The notes below the pieces were generated by a model, which saw only the letters and a program-made list of their open reading frames with translations, was not told the origin of the DNA and made no database searches. Source: Diadema antillarum (lineage: Eukaryota). From it: DNA of 64,000 bases. Where the stretch lies: positions 620,001 to 684,000 of the forward strand of contig NW_027270912.1 of assembly GCF_040938485.1 (NCBI RefSeq). The letters run 5' to 3'. A program made the position numbers and the translations under genes. Numbering within the stretch: position 1 is the first letter of the stretch; every line of letters starts with the position of its first letter. Below, one piece after another: positions 1 through 12,500 of the stretch.

Positions 1-3000
1 TCCCCATTCTGTATAAATTTTCCTTTGTCTTGATCTACAGTGGTCTGGATACACCTACAGTGATGAAACACATTGCAGAAATATTGAATTGGTTCATCAT
101 AACTTTTAAGGAAAGTGACCAATTTATGTAAAATACCTCTTTCACTCAGTTTTCAATTACTAGTAAATCAAGACATGACTAATCAAATTTGAAAAAAAAA
201 TACTGTTTGCTGTTAGCTATACAATGAACAATCATCCTGTTCTCATGAAATAGACTTGCTTGTTTTCATATTACAATTGAAAAGAATTGGGCAAAAACTG
301 GACATCATGGGACATTTGCTTTGCTGACCATATTTATTACATAACAGCCTACATTACATATAGCCTTTAATTGTTCCTTGTGGTATCTAACTGGGCTGGA
401 ACAAAGTCTGCACTACTTTACTTCACACACTGTCAGGTTGCACAGATCGGTATGAATTCAGACCAGATGGATTTAGACATAACTGCCATTCAGTGATCTC
501 CCGAATTCTACATGGTATACACAAACAAACCGAATTTCATCAACATTACAGCTTTTCAATTTTGGTAACTGCAAGATCACGCAGCTGATAACTCACTTCC
601 ACTTTACGAAAAATGATGTATCTACTAGCGAGAGGTAGACGTAGATTTATTGCATAAGACTCTGCCAAACTCTCCAAATTATATATGTTGTGACAATTTT
701 TTCATCAATCTGTTCGCAATGTGGAACTCCGTTTGTTTGTGTGTGTGTGTGTTTTTTTTTTTTAAATCACTCGATTTTGATTTCAAGTCCATCTGGACTC
801 CGAGTTTCTAATTATTATTCTTATACTTCACTACATCGCTTCTTGTAATGCAAGTTACAAAGTCTTTCCAAGAATAAAAATGGTGGTAGATATCTGATCT
901 AAATATGCACTTACAAATTCGACAGGACAAATTAAAAGTATTATAATCTAATGCAGTCACAATCACTTATCATGACCGATCGAGCCATTGAAATAAATGA
1001 CTGCTCTTCATTTGATTGTATATCAATCTTTTTTTCAACAAAAAAAAAATCTTGCTCAACAGACTTTTACCTGCCACATTTGTGAGTTATCCTCATCAAG
1101 GCACTGTCTCCAATACGAACATACTTCCACTTATCCTGGTTAAAGGAAGAAAAAGAAACATTTTTATTCATAAAGAAGACTGTGCTGGCAAATTTCACAT
1201 GTCACCTTCAGCTGTATAATATAAACTGAAAATTCAACATATACCACATTCCTGCACACAACTAAGCGCTCGGCAATATGTTGAAAAAAAAAAACTGCTG
1301 AATCAAAGAAATCTATAATAAACCTGAATGCATTTAGTAGCGGACTTGTCTCAAACCAGTGTGCAGTTTTGTTTTGTTTTTTCTCTCCAAATCTATGGTA
1401 TGCTCCTTTAGCCTGACTGGTTCATCCCTGCACTAGCAATGTTTGTGATTGCTATTCAGTGAGGTATAGCAATTAAAGGACTAGGTTGATAATACAGACG
1501 GGATGTTGCCCTGTAATTGTCTTTACACAGCCTGGAGACTACACCTTCTGAATCCATAAATCTTCCAGAATTGGCACGCAGGTCAGAGAGGCACAAGCAA
1601 CCCATGACGTTACAGCATTTTAGAAAACGAAATGGAAAATGCATAATTCATCATAACTGAATATAGAAGATTTCTGGTAGGTTGATATGCACTATTTCAC
1701 TAGCTAAATATGCATACTCATCAACAAATGTCAAGTTTGTCAGAGTAAGATAAAAATATTTTACTTTCTGAAATTACAGCTTTTAAAAAATTCCAAGATA
1801 AATATATAATTATGACAAAGGAGAGATGGAATAATATATATATATATATATATATAGTAACACAGACTCAGGGTAAAGTGTTTGAGAATTAACTCGACCT
1901 GGAGATTTGTCATGTTTCATGCACTTACTGTAGTCTACTTCCAAATTTCTGCAATTCACTCACCTCTTCATTAGCCGTTGCACACTGTACAACAATGTTC
2001 GGTCGGAAGTTGCGGAGTTGCACGGGTTTTTCAAGCTGGGAGTTGAGCTGTTCAAGAGACTTTTCACTCAAGATGTGGACTTGAGATAGATTCTGGTAAA
2101 CAGCCTGCATATTGTTTCACAAAAACATAAATGAAAATGACACACACAATCATTCAACTGAATTTGACATATTGTGGTAGTTATACATCGCATCTGGAAC
2201 GTTACTATGGCGACGGCTTTGGCGTATGGCTTCTTATAGGGTCAGCTCGCACTCACCCTTTCATGGCTTTTGGCCTTGTGTCCCCACTTGGAGTCGTCAC
2301 AAAGCACCTTGCCACCAAGTCTGTCCAGGTGCCGCATCAGTCTGAAGCGAGGTTCACCGAGGTATTGGTTCAGCCACTGCCTGGCCTCTTGCCCACAGTC
2401 CTCCCCCTTCAGTCCAAGTCTGAACACTCTTTTGATAAAAGCAGCAAGGTCAAAGTTTCAAATGAAAGAGTCAGTTATCAGCTCTTCAAAAGAGAATAGA
2501 TATCATTTACTTTGGCATTGATTGCAAGAAACAGAGATAAACTGCCTCCTTTAGGCCCTACATTTCCTGTGTAATGTACAGTGTATGTACGGTAATGTAT
2601 AGTCTCAAGTATGACTAATAAGGAAAAGCTAAAATTTGCTCTATTTATGGCCAGTTGTTTTATTCAATCTTAGTTCAATCAGGACTTACTGCATAATCAG
2701 CCTCTGAATTGGTCAGAGAGGTTTTTTCGGACATCACTTGAATATTTTGGTCCATTCACTAACTTCATGGTGGTTGGAAAAACATGTAATTCAACGATTT
2801 GTGTATACTATTATGGGGGCTATTTGGAAAATTACAAGGATCACTTATACACGATATCAATGTCGTCATGCCATTGGAAAGTTACAAATTGCAATTGCAA
2901 CTTTTTAATGCTTTAACTAACTGTACATAGCACTATACCTCAAATATCAATCTATATCTTCCTGCCGAGGATTATGATGTCACAATCATGCAACCATGTG

Positions 3001-3403
3001 CAGTGTTGACGGAAACATGATTACTCATCTACAATACCTTCACATGTAACTTCTTGAACTATAATTTCTTCTTCCTGCGGGCAAAGTGAGAAATAAAAAA
3101 TGGCGTTCAATTTACAAACCAGAACTAACTTTAATTACCTGACATCACCAACGGCTCCACCCTGCTCTGCCAGAGGTACCTGCAATGTAGGCATCCCTGG
3201 GGCATTGATGAGAAGACTTCTCCTGTCCTCAGAGAGGGTCGGAATGATGAGGGCGATGGAAGGGTAGACCCTTTGTGTGATGAACCGCCCCTCCTCATCA
3301 ACAATGATGAAAGACCTGTATGACGAATTCAGGGCATGGCTGATAGTGAATCAAATTAAACTCATTTGAATTGCCTCTATATCCCCTTTCATGGTTTAGA
3401 AAC

Positions 3404-3467
<64 letters not shown>

Positions 3468-3955
3468 GTTATGAGATATTACGAAGGAGAAGAGGGTGTG
3501 TAGAATTTGGAATTGTTATTCCTCTTATTGTTCCTCCAATTTGGGAAAGAGATTATATCATAATTATTATCATTTTAGTGAAACTCAATTCATTCTGTTG
3601 GTACTTTCCTCTGCATGTACAGTATATGTTCATTATAATTATATCAAAATAACTTGATAATTAATGGAGTTGCATTTGTGCTTCAACAATGTGAACTTGA
3701 GAGGATCTTCGTATTATACCTGTCCAAGACACCATCACTGCTAATCCCCAAGGAGACACAGTCGGCCTCTGTGACCTCAAGCCCTCGGCACGACTTGATG
3801 GGATGCACAAAGATTCGAGAGACCACACCGACTGGGGCATACTGTCGCCGAGAACGACGAAACACAGTGTAGTAGAGAAGTCCAAATCCAACTACACCGG
3901 CCGCACACGCTGCCAGGCAGCCAAGAATCAAGTTGTTATTGTTTGTCTCAGGCAT
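1..3955 (-). CDS. MTARC: Mitochondrial amidoxime-reducing component (mARC, MOSC domain), copy A, 3'-truncated by the window edge. Coding exons 3955-3720, 3315-3139, 2428-2257, 2104-1964, 1135-1071, 54-<1
   Basis: All introns are GT-AG with consistent phase. The protein has an N-terminal TM anchor (LILGCLAACAAGVVGFGLLYY-RRSRR), HPIKSCRG, LDRSFIIVD, NFRPNIVV and the Moco-ligating C-x-R-C (KCGRC), and is collinear with copy B and with vertebrate mARC1/2 as recalled. Confidence 0.95.
3403..3464. repeat. (TA)n microsatellite in intron 1 of mARC copy A
   Basis: Direct reading of the sequence. Confidence 0.95.
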
Positions 3956-4616
3956 GGTGACTTTTCACAAAGCAATCCTGTGTAATTCATATTGTAAAGA
4001 TAAAAACAACATAACAGAAATATATCACTGTGAAAACAGCACTCATTAAACTTTATCACATTCTTATCAAAGAAAATACAAACGAGTGGTTCGAGCGTTT
4101 TACGTCGGTAGATACAATTAACACTTGAAAAATGATAAGGATTTTTTTTAATTCAAATCAATAAAACTGTTTGTCTTATCTGTGTGAGCAATCCACTTGT
4201 TGAGACAAAAGAAAATTAAGAGCAGAGGGCTTGGACTGCTTAAGCCTCACACTGTAGACAGTATATAAACAATTGAAAATGTTTTGAATTACAAAAAAAA
4301 AAATGTATATGAGCACTTTAAAGCATACCATGAAATGCACTTCAAGTATTTTTCACTGATTCTTTTTTTCCCGTCTTTTCCTTGAAATTTCCCAACAAAT
4401 TATTACGTGAAACTGAGAATTGTGTTTTACCTGTATTACTTGCACGATATCCATAAATATTGAAAACTATTTTAGCATATTCATGATAGAGAGAGAGAGG
4501 GGGGGGGGGAGAGTAGAGAGAGGGAGAGCCGAGAGAGGGAGAGCCGAGGGAAAGAAATAAAAATAGATAGCTTGGCCTATACACATGACTTTTTAAAATA
4601 ATATGTAATTACATAC

Positions 4617-4751
4617 NNNNNNNNNNNNNNNNNNNNNNNNNNNNNNNNNNNNNNNNNNNNNNNNNNNNNNNNNNNNNNNNNNNNNNNNNNNNNNNNNNNN
4701 NNNNNNNNNNNNNNNNNNNNNNNNNNNNNNNNNNNNNNNNNNNNNNNNNNN
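4617..4751. other. Assembly gap (run of N) between the two mARC copies
   Basis: 135 N characters. Confidence 0.99.
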
Positions 4752-6934
4752 ATCGAGAATGACATCGATGTATAGGCTTATTGCAATAAATACATTCCTC
4801 CCCTGTTATATATTATCTGCTAAATTGTTCTTACTGTACCTGACAAAACTTGCCTTTGAAACCCCGATAATGATGACATTCTGAGTCTGTACATATTCGT
4901 GCCTGGCAATTCAGCAATATGAGCATAGATGAAAGTAAATCTTGATACGTTTATTGTAAGTTTGATAACAATAACTTTGAAAGCAGTCATTTATGGTCTG
5001 ATAAAAGTAATATACTGAGCCGACACATTTTGATCTTTACGAAACTTCCGAGATATGTAATCACAATGCTGAAGATTATGTTAGTCGAATAATTAGAAAC
5101 ATAATAACAATTATATATACCTTAGGCCTACGTAGAAGTTAGATCGGATCATGAAACCTCGCAAGACATGTATAACCCGGGTGAACGAATCTTGAACTGA
5201 AATTATGCTCAGCTCTTTATTGTACATGCGTTGTATCATAACCCTCAGCTTATCTCATGCAGTGCTTATCGATCAGTTACTGTTGCCAGTAAAGCAAAAA
5301 CGATGTTCTGTGACTTTTGCACTTCCTACGGTTGGTGATCGGCAGTTTATTTAACCTATAAACTTGGTTCTCCAATAAACATATACGCTCATCGTTTTCG
5401 TACGAACGAACACAAGAGAGCAGAAAGTGACCAGGAAGTTACCACGTTGCAAAATGCAAAATTGAAAGGTAGACATCCCCCCCCCCCCAAAAAAAAAAAA
5501 AAAAAGATTAACAAACTGAGGCATACTCCACATGCTATACCACATGAAACAACGGAACTGAAGATCGGCCCAGCTGTCTATTTCGTCCCTGACAGTGCGC
5601 TCTTTTATTATGAGATCCGGGGTATGAGATACTAGTATATTCCGTTTGTGAGGGTATGAAACTGAGAAGCCCAAATGAACTGACACGGCCGGTGTAGTCA
5701 GTAGAAAGTATACAGAGCAGTTTTCTTGTGGTGCTTACGTATATTCTGTGAGATCGCTGTAGGCCTGTATGCAGTCATAAGATTTGCCGGTGGTATATCC
5801 TGCGAGTCTACAGCTGGGTATAAATGACAGCAACAAGACAAGATAACCTGCATGATACTCACCTTAAATACTTTGAGCTTGAACCGATGGTTGTCAAAGA
5901 AGTGAATCACTCGAAGAGATGCGTGTGAATATATCTCATGTTAACTGTATAATAACCCCGATATATTTAGTAGTCTTCATGTGCGAGTTTCCCGGACTTT
6001 GAACGCCTCTTCGCAGTGCAGTGTAATTATACGTGAGCCCACTCTGCCCGTACACGAGTTCGGTCTTTGCTATACCGCACACAATTTCACTGGATTTTGT
6101 CAGCTATAGCCCCATATAATTCCAAAGAAATTGTATCATATATATCTCTAAGTATCTCTTTGGCCAATTCTAAAGTTCGCGGCAGTGACATGCAGACCTA
6201 AATGATTGTCACGATAACGCAGTCAATAAATAGTGCGCTGACGGTCTATACCCTTTCTTCAAGACACGATGAGACATGATCTAGCCGTTTAAATATGATA
6301 GCTCGATACGGTTTTACAGATTTATAATTATTTTTTATTGCAGGCCTAATATAGATATACTACTGAGAAAATATGGGCATGGGACGTGATCTTATGGCTT
6401 CAATGAACCTCTCAAGTTTTCCCCACTTTTGCTGTGGCAATCAGTTTAGGGCCTTAGGTTCTACGATAAAAGCATAGAATTAAAAGGAATCTAAAAACAG
6501 AGCAAAACTGTGTGTGTGATTAATTAAGGAATCAGAACACATTGCAATCTACTCCGTAACCGTTTCATCTACATTATTCATCAAGCCTGTAGGCTACCTC
6601 ACGCCATGGACCTTCCTATATTGTCGTGGACATTTGATCGCTCGTTAATTATCATTCACCTGTTTCTGTAAAAAGTGTCACATAAACATCTTTTAACATG
6701 CTATCCTGCTTTGATCTCATTATTACAGGCAACATGCAACCAGTCTATAGCTGAATGTTTATGTCTGTATTATAACACCGGATATATATAATTTCCGTAA
6801 GAGATTTTCGCGCGCTATCAAGACCACGGAGGGCATTTCGTCGCGGCGGGCAAGTGGCGGTCTCGATCGCTGTGGGAGCAGGAGGGAGCGAAGCTATCTC
6901 AAGAGAGATCTGCTCCCTTCTCTCATACCATGCA

Positions 6935-7190
6935 TTCAATTCAATTCAATTCAGTTCATTTATTTTCATTCCTTTTTCCAACAGAACATAAGACAGAATA
7001 AATCAGGAATTATATCGTAGGCATATATTCAACGTTGTGCAAAGGATAAATGATTATTGACAAATAAAGATATACATGCATACCGGCAAAATACAAAGTT
7101 ATGTTTAGAAAGGAAACAAATAAAAAATGAGAGGTCCACTAAAAAACATGCACGTTATAAGTCTACTTGGTATTGAGTGGTTTTCTTCAA
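6935..7190 (-). mobile_element. LINE (CR1/L2-like) 3' UTR with (GAATT)n tail
   Basis: The minus strand ends in ..aatgaactgaattgaattgaattgaat and contains agtggacctc. Confidence 0.45.
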
Positions 7191-8339
7191 AACGCGAAAT
7201 GTGCCGAAATCGATCTTTAGTATGGCACATTAAAATGACAGTCCATTGACCTCTGATATGCAAAGACCTCCAAAATGACGTCTGTTCTCATGCTATGTAA
7301 TAATTATATAACATTACATAATAATAACATAGGAAAATAATCAGAAACCCTGTGAGGTAAAGCACATTTCCTACTTGATTGGAGTACATCATAGTGCATT
7401 CTGTAATTGCTTATTGAGTTTCTGTGCTAAAGGTTCTAAATTTGCTTGAGCTTAATCATTATAAAAGTCACTCAGTTGGATTGGACGTGTATATCGATGG
7501 GCGCAGAAAAGGTGCCGAGTTGCGGGAGCCTGATGCCGCCGCGCGGAGCTCAATTTCTCTTTGAATGCCGAAAGTGGCGACAAAATTAGATTATCATAAA
7601 TAATTATGATAAATATACTTTAACCATTAGATTGACTAAACGTGATGATGCGACTTTGAATTACCTATTCACAGAGTTTTCTATATCTAGGGTCTATATT
7701 TCAGAATGAGTGTAGGCCTAAGGATAAAGGTGTTTTATGCAATATAAGAGTTTGAAGGGACATGCAGAGTGGGAAAAAAAAATTGCTAAGACAGGACTCA
7801 GAAAACCACATTATCATCTTGACATATTGTCTTGTTTCTGGTGCATAACCTTACATAAGATTAGTTTGTCCAATTCGTCAATTTCCTGCAATAATAATGT
7901 AAACTTTCGATAAAACGACATCGGCATTTATTCCTCTGAAACTAATAAAGGCCTGCTGGAATATATCCACTAGGCCAGGGCCTATTTCATCGCGACAAAT
8001 CAAAAAACTAAATTAAAATTCTTTAGTGCTCTTCAATCATCACGGTAGTTTACATTGATTTGAAATCTGAAGGACAACATTTCGCTGTAACAAACGTTTG
8101 AAATTGGCAGGAAAGTTATAATCCCAAGTTAAACCGAAATGAAGACAAAATCTGGATGATAATAATTTATGGAGTAGTAATCATCAGGGACGAGAGTCCG
8201 CAATCAACTATGGAACGCCATGTGATTGCAAGGTACAGGACTGGTGTATTGTACTGTAAATTATCGCAAGGATCCCGATGATTTATGAAGTTACTGATTT
8301 TATGGTCCCGGCACTTGAACCCATCATTAAGAAGAAATC

Positions 8340-8550
8340 AATTTCAATTTCAGTTCATTAGAACCGAATAATTCATTGATTGACACAAAGTAACAATAAT
8401 GAATAGTGATGAGTATTAACAATCTGGTGTGATAATGAAGTTTTAAAACATGCATGTTTACCACTCGAAGGAGCACAGTGATGAAGGCCATGGACCCCAA
8501 AGAAGCACATTTTATGAGCTCATATATATCATTGGGGTCCATTGTCTATA
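8340..8550 (-). mobile_element. LINE (CR1/L2-like) 3' UTR with stem-loop and (GAAATT)n tail
   Basis: tggacccca..tggggtcca hairpin, with tail aatgaactgaaattgaaattga. Confidence 0.4.
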
Positions 8551-9575
8551 GTGAATCAAAGATTAGAAAAAAAAAAAGACGGGGCTCAAACAGCAAATTT
8601 GAAAATAGAGAGCTATATGGGCACAGATGACAAGATTTTCTCAGGGACCTGGATCCACCACATGGGTCAATGCTTATTGAGATAATTATGGTACATATTT
8701 TACTCACAGAATTAAAAAAGAGACTCTTTTAGTAATAAGGTTGAAATCACTTAAATTTGAAGGTGGAATTACCCGAATGAAATTCCCACAAGTTTATAGC
8801 AATGAGATCCCCGCAAGTTTAAATACTTTGTGCAGGCTCCACTTTTTAAAGGAGAAAATCGAGAAAAGTGAGAGAAAAACCTCAGTGATTTAAAAAAAAA
8901 ATTACATTTAATCAATCAATTTATTTATTTATCTATTTATTCATTCATTTATTTATTTAAAAAAACTTGTGATTGATTTCTATCACAAGTCTTTATATTA
9001 AATAAGACAGGCCCAGATGTTTTAATGAGTTTTGGAACACACGGTATGCCATACTTTCTGCACTCTTGCACTCGACTCATGTTCGCTCCGATCAGCGATC
9101 CACCCATAGACGGCCGCGGAACCTGCAGGGAGGTGCGGTCTGCATGCAAGGTGGACACCGTACCACGGAAAAGATCATCTGGAGATCGAGAAATCACACA
9201 TTAGTACACGGCGGGATCTGGAATGTACCGGGGGGTATGCGGTGCAGATTTTGTATGTGATAAATGGCAGATATCGGAGGGTAGAGAGCTGTCAGCTGTG
9301 CAGGGTTTCAGTTTCGTGTAAGTATCAAAGCACGTAGTCCTTACTGTTTCAAGGGAAGTCTTTCTGTAAGTGTATAGACTCTAGTGCAAATATATTGAGC
9401 ATCACCGTAAAGAAAAAATAAAAAGTGTGGCCTCAGCTCTTCATTGCATGGTGTATTTTCCTTTGAAAGAATGTGATAAAAGAGGGCTCTTTTAGTGTTA
9501 TCACATTGATACATTCATCTTTTTAAAAATGAATTTATGTGAATTTCACAGGATTGCCTATTGAAGAGAGTCATC

Positions 9576-12500
9576 ATGCCTGAGTCAAGCAATAACAACT
9601 TGATTCTTGGCTGCCTGGCGGCATGTGCGGCCGGTGTGGTTGGGTTTGGACTTCTCTACTATGCCGTGTTTCGTCGTTCTCGGCGACAGTATGCCCCAGT
9701 CGGTGTGGTCTCGCGAATCTTTGTGCATCCCATCAAGTCGTGCCGAGGGCTGGAGGTCACAGAGGCCGACTGTGTCTCCCTAGGGATTAGCAGTGATGGT
9801 GTCTTGGACAGGTTTGATCCCCCTCATGTTTTTGTTTGTTTTTTACATAAGTGCATCGCAATTTCATATTCATACTAGCTGCAACTCCACTTTATTTTAG
9901 GTGACTTTAATAGAGTTGTAGAGTAGAATTACGTCAGCAGAATAATGAAAGCTTCACTGAAATAGGTTATGAAATAAAAGGATGTGGACTAGTTTGCATT
10001 TCTCATTTTTCATCAAACATTGACATTTAGTCACAATGACATAGAAACTAAATGATTTTGAATTTGTGTAGATGCTGCAAGATTTAATGCTTGTTCCATA
10101 CTCGATCATCTTTGATACAGCTCTTGGTATGAATATAGTTATGTCAAGAGAAAATAAAGGCAGTTCAAACGTAAAATGCACTTTTAGCAAAGTCCCCGCT
10201 ATTCCATTTTTCAAACCACAGGTCTTTCATCATTGTTGATGAGGAGGGGAGGTTAGTATCACAGAGGGTATACCCTTCCATCGCCCTCATCATTCCGACC
10301 CTCTCCGAGGACAGGAGAAGTCTTCTCATCAACGCCCCAGGGATGCCTACATTGCAGGTACCTCTGGCAGAGCAGGGTGGAGCCATTGGTGATGTCAGGT
10401 AAGTAGTAAACTGGGTTCTGGTCTGTAAGCTGAACAACGTCTTTTTTTTCCTCACAATGTTCACTGGAAATGAGACATTATAGCGCAAGAGGTGACCTGT
10501 GATATCAGATGTAAAAAAAAAGAGTGCATTTTCTTTTAACCTAATCCTCAGGTGCAAGTTTATGTTTGCGGCATTGTAAAATGTAATTTATCACCAAATA
10601 TTTCATAGTCATGTAAATATAAATATTTTGTAAGATTTGAAGAAACAAGTTTCAACATGACTTCATGTAATACTGAATGATTAATCATTTTCAGGAATAG
10701 CAACAGAAATGATTTATGTTTTCCCATGCCAGTTATACTGAAATCAGTTCAGTGCTTTTGACATTTGGTCTCAGCAAAGATTTAGTTCATATGATTTGTG
10801 CTACATTTGATGGAGAATTATTTCATCTCCATACTATGCTCAGTGCTGTAAATTAAAAAATCATGTGACTGAAGGAGTGTAGAGTCTGTTACATTCTGTA
10901 CCAATGCATTTTAGTTCATTGGAAGTAACAGTATGTCCCCGCAATCTTTGCATACTCTTGAATTATCAAGCCCAAGATTTATTCTGTACTGCACAATTTC
11001 TTGCCCATTCTACCATCATTCCCTGCAAAACAAAGATTGCATGTTTTTAGATGCAAAAACTCTTGAAAGGCAAGTCTTTTTGTTCTTGTAGAATATGTGT
11101 TTGTTTTTGTAATAAATACTTTTGCATTGTCTAAATATAGAAATATAGACAAAGAGACATATAATATGGAAAAATATGTACTGCTTCCACCACTAAGTAA
11201 TGAAAGTACCAGAATTTTCCAATGGTATGAAGAAAATTCTCTGATCAATTCAGATAGGGACTGATCGCTGTGAATCTTTCATGAACCAGGGTTGTATCAA
11301 CCAACTGCCTTGGCTCTTGGACATTGCCAGAGCAAGTAAAGTAGCTTCTCCATATATTCACAGAGACTTCAACCCTAAGCACCTTCTGATCTGGAGATTC
11401 TCCCGCCTGAAACCCCTAGCAAACGGGTGACTCCAAGTTGAATGTGCGCTTCGCGCACATCACGAGCGCGAAGTGCAAAGTTCCTTGCGGCCGGGGTCCA
11501 GGGCCAGCTTAAGGACCCTGGAGGCTCTAGGGTTTTAGATGCCCTCTTGTGCTATCTAAGGTTTATTTTTCACCATACGATGGCAATAAGTAAGAAATCC
11601 TTTCCAACGGGAGACACAGAGCCAGGGCGGGAGAAATTAAATCTCAAGTGGGAGAACGGGAGATTTTGCAAAAATGGGTTTTCGGCGGGAGATCTCCCAT
11701 TGAAAGCGGGAGAGTTGGAGTCTCTGTATTCAATCTTCAGGCTACTTGCAGAGCCCACTGTGCATTATGACATATAACATGTAAAGGAGGCAATTTATCT
11801 CTTTGTTTTTCTTGTGATGGTGCAAAGTTAAATGATACCAATTCATTTCATTCTCTTTTGAAGAGCTGATAACTGGCTATTTCCAATGCTGACTTCTCTG
11901 CTTTCATCAAAAGGGTGTTCAGACTTGGACTGAAGGGGGAGGATTGTGGACCCGAGGCCAGTCAGTGGCTGAACCAGTACCTAGGTAAACCTCGCTTCAG
12001 GCTGATGCGGCACCTAGACAGACTTGGTGGCAAGGTGCTCTCTGACGACTCCAAGTGGGGACACAAGGCCAAGAGCCATGAAAGGGTGAGGGCAAGCTGA
12101 CCCCAAGATGCCCAGATTTTTGGGGTCATCAGGTTATTGGTGAAAGAAGTTGTAATCTTGTTAATAGTGTGAAATGAAGACATAATATACCTTGTGGTTA
12201 TGGTGTGGCATCTTATGATAATGACTGCAGGGCATTACAAAAAGTTAAGAAATCAGAAAAATGTGAAATTCTTTGTGCTACTGTGGGGATGCAGCTTGAG
12301 TTGACATGTGATGTGGACACTTGTCGCCTATATTATGTAAAACATATGTCAAAATTAGTAAGGGTTATAAATATAGTGGCTTTAAAGCTTGACCCATTTT
12401 GTCATTTCAATCACTCTCTGCAAGTTTGGTCGGAACACAACATCAAATAATATGACTTAGTTTACATTGCAACTGTATTAGTCTTGTGCTTGTGGTTTCT

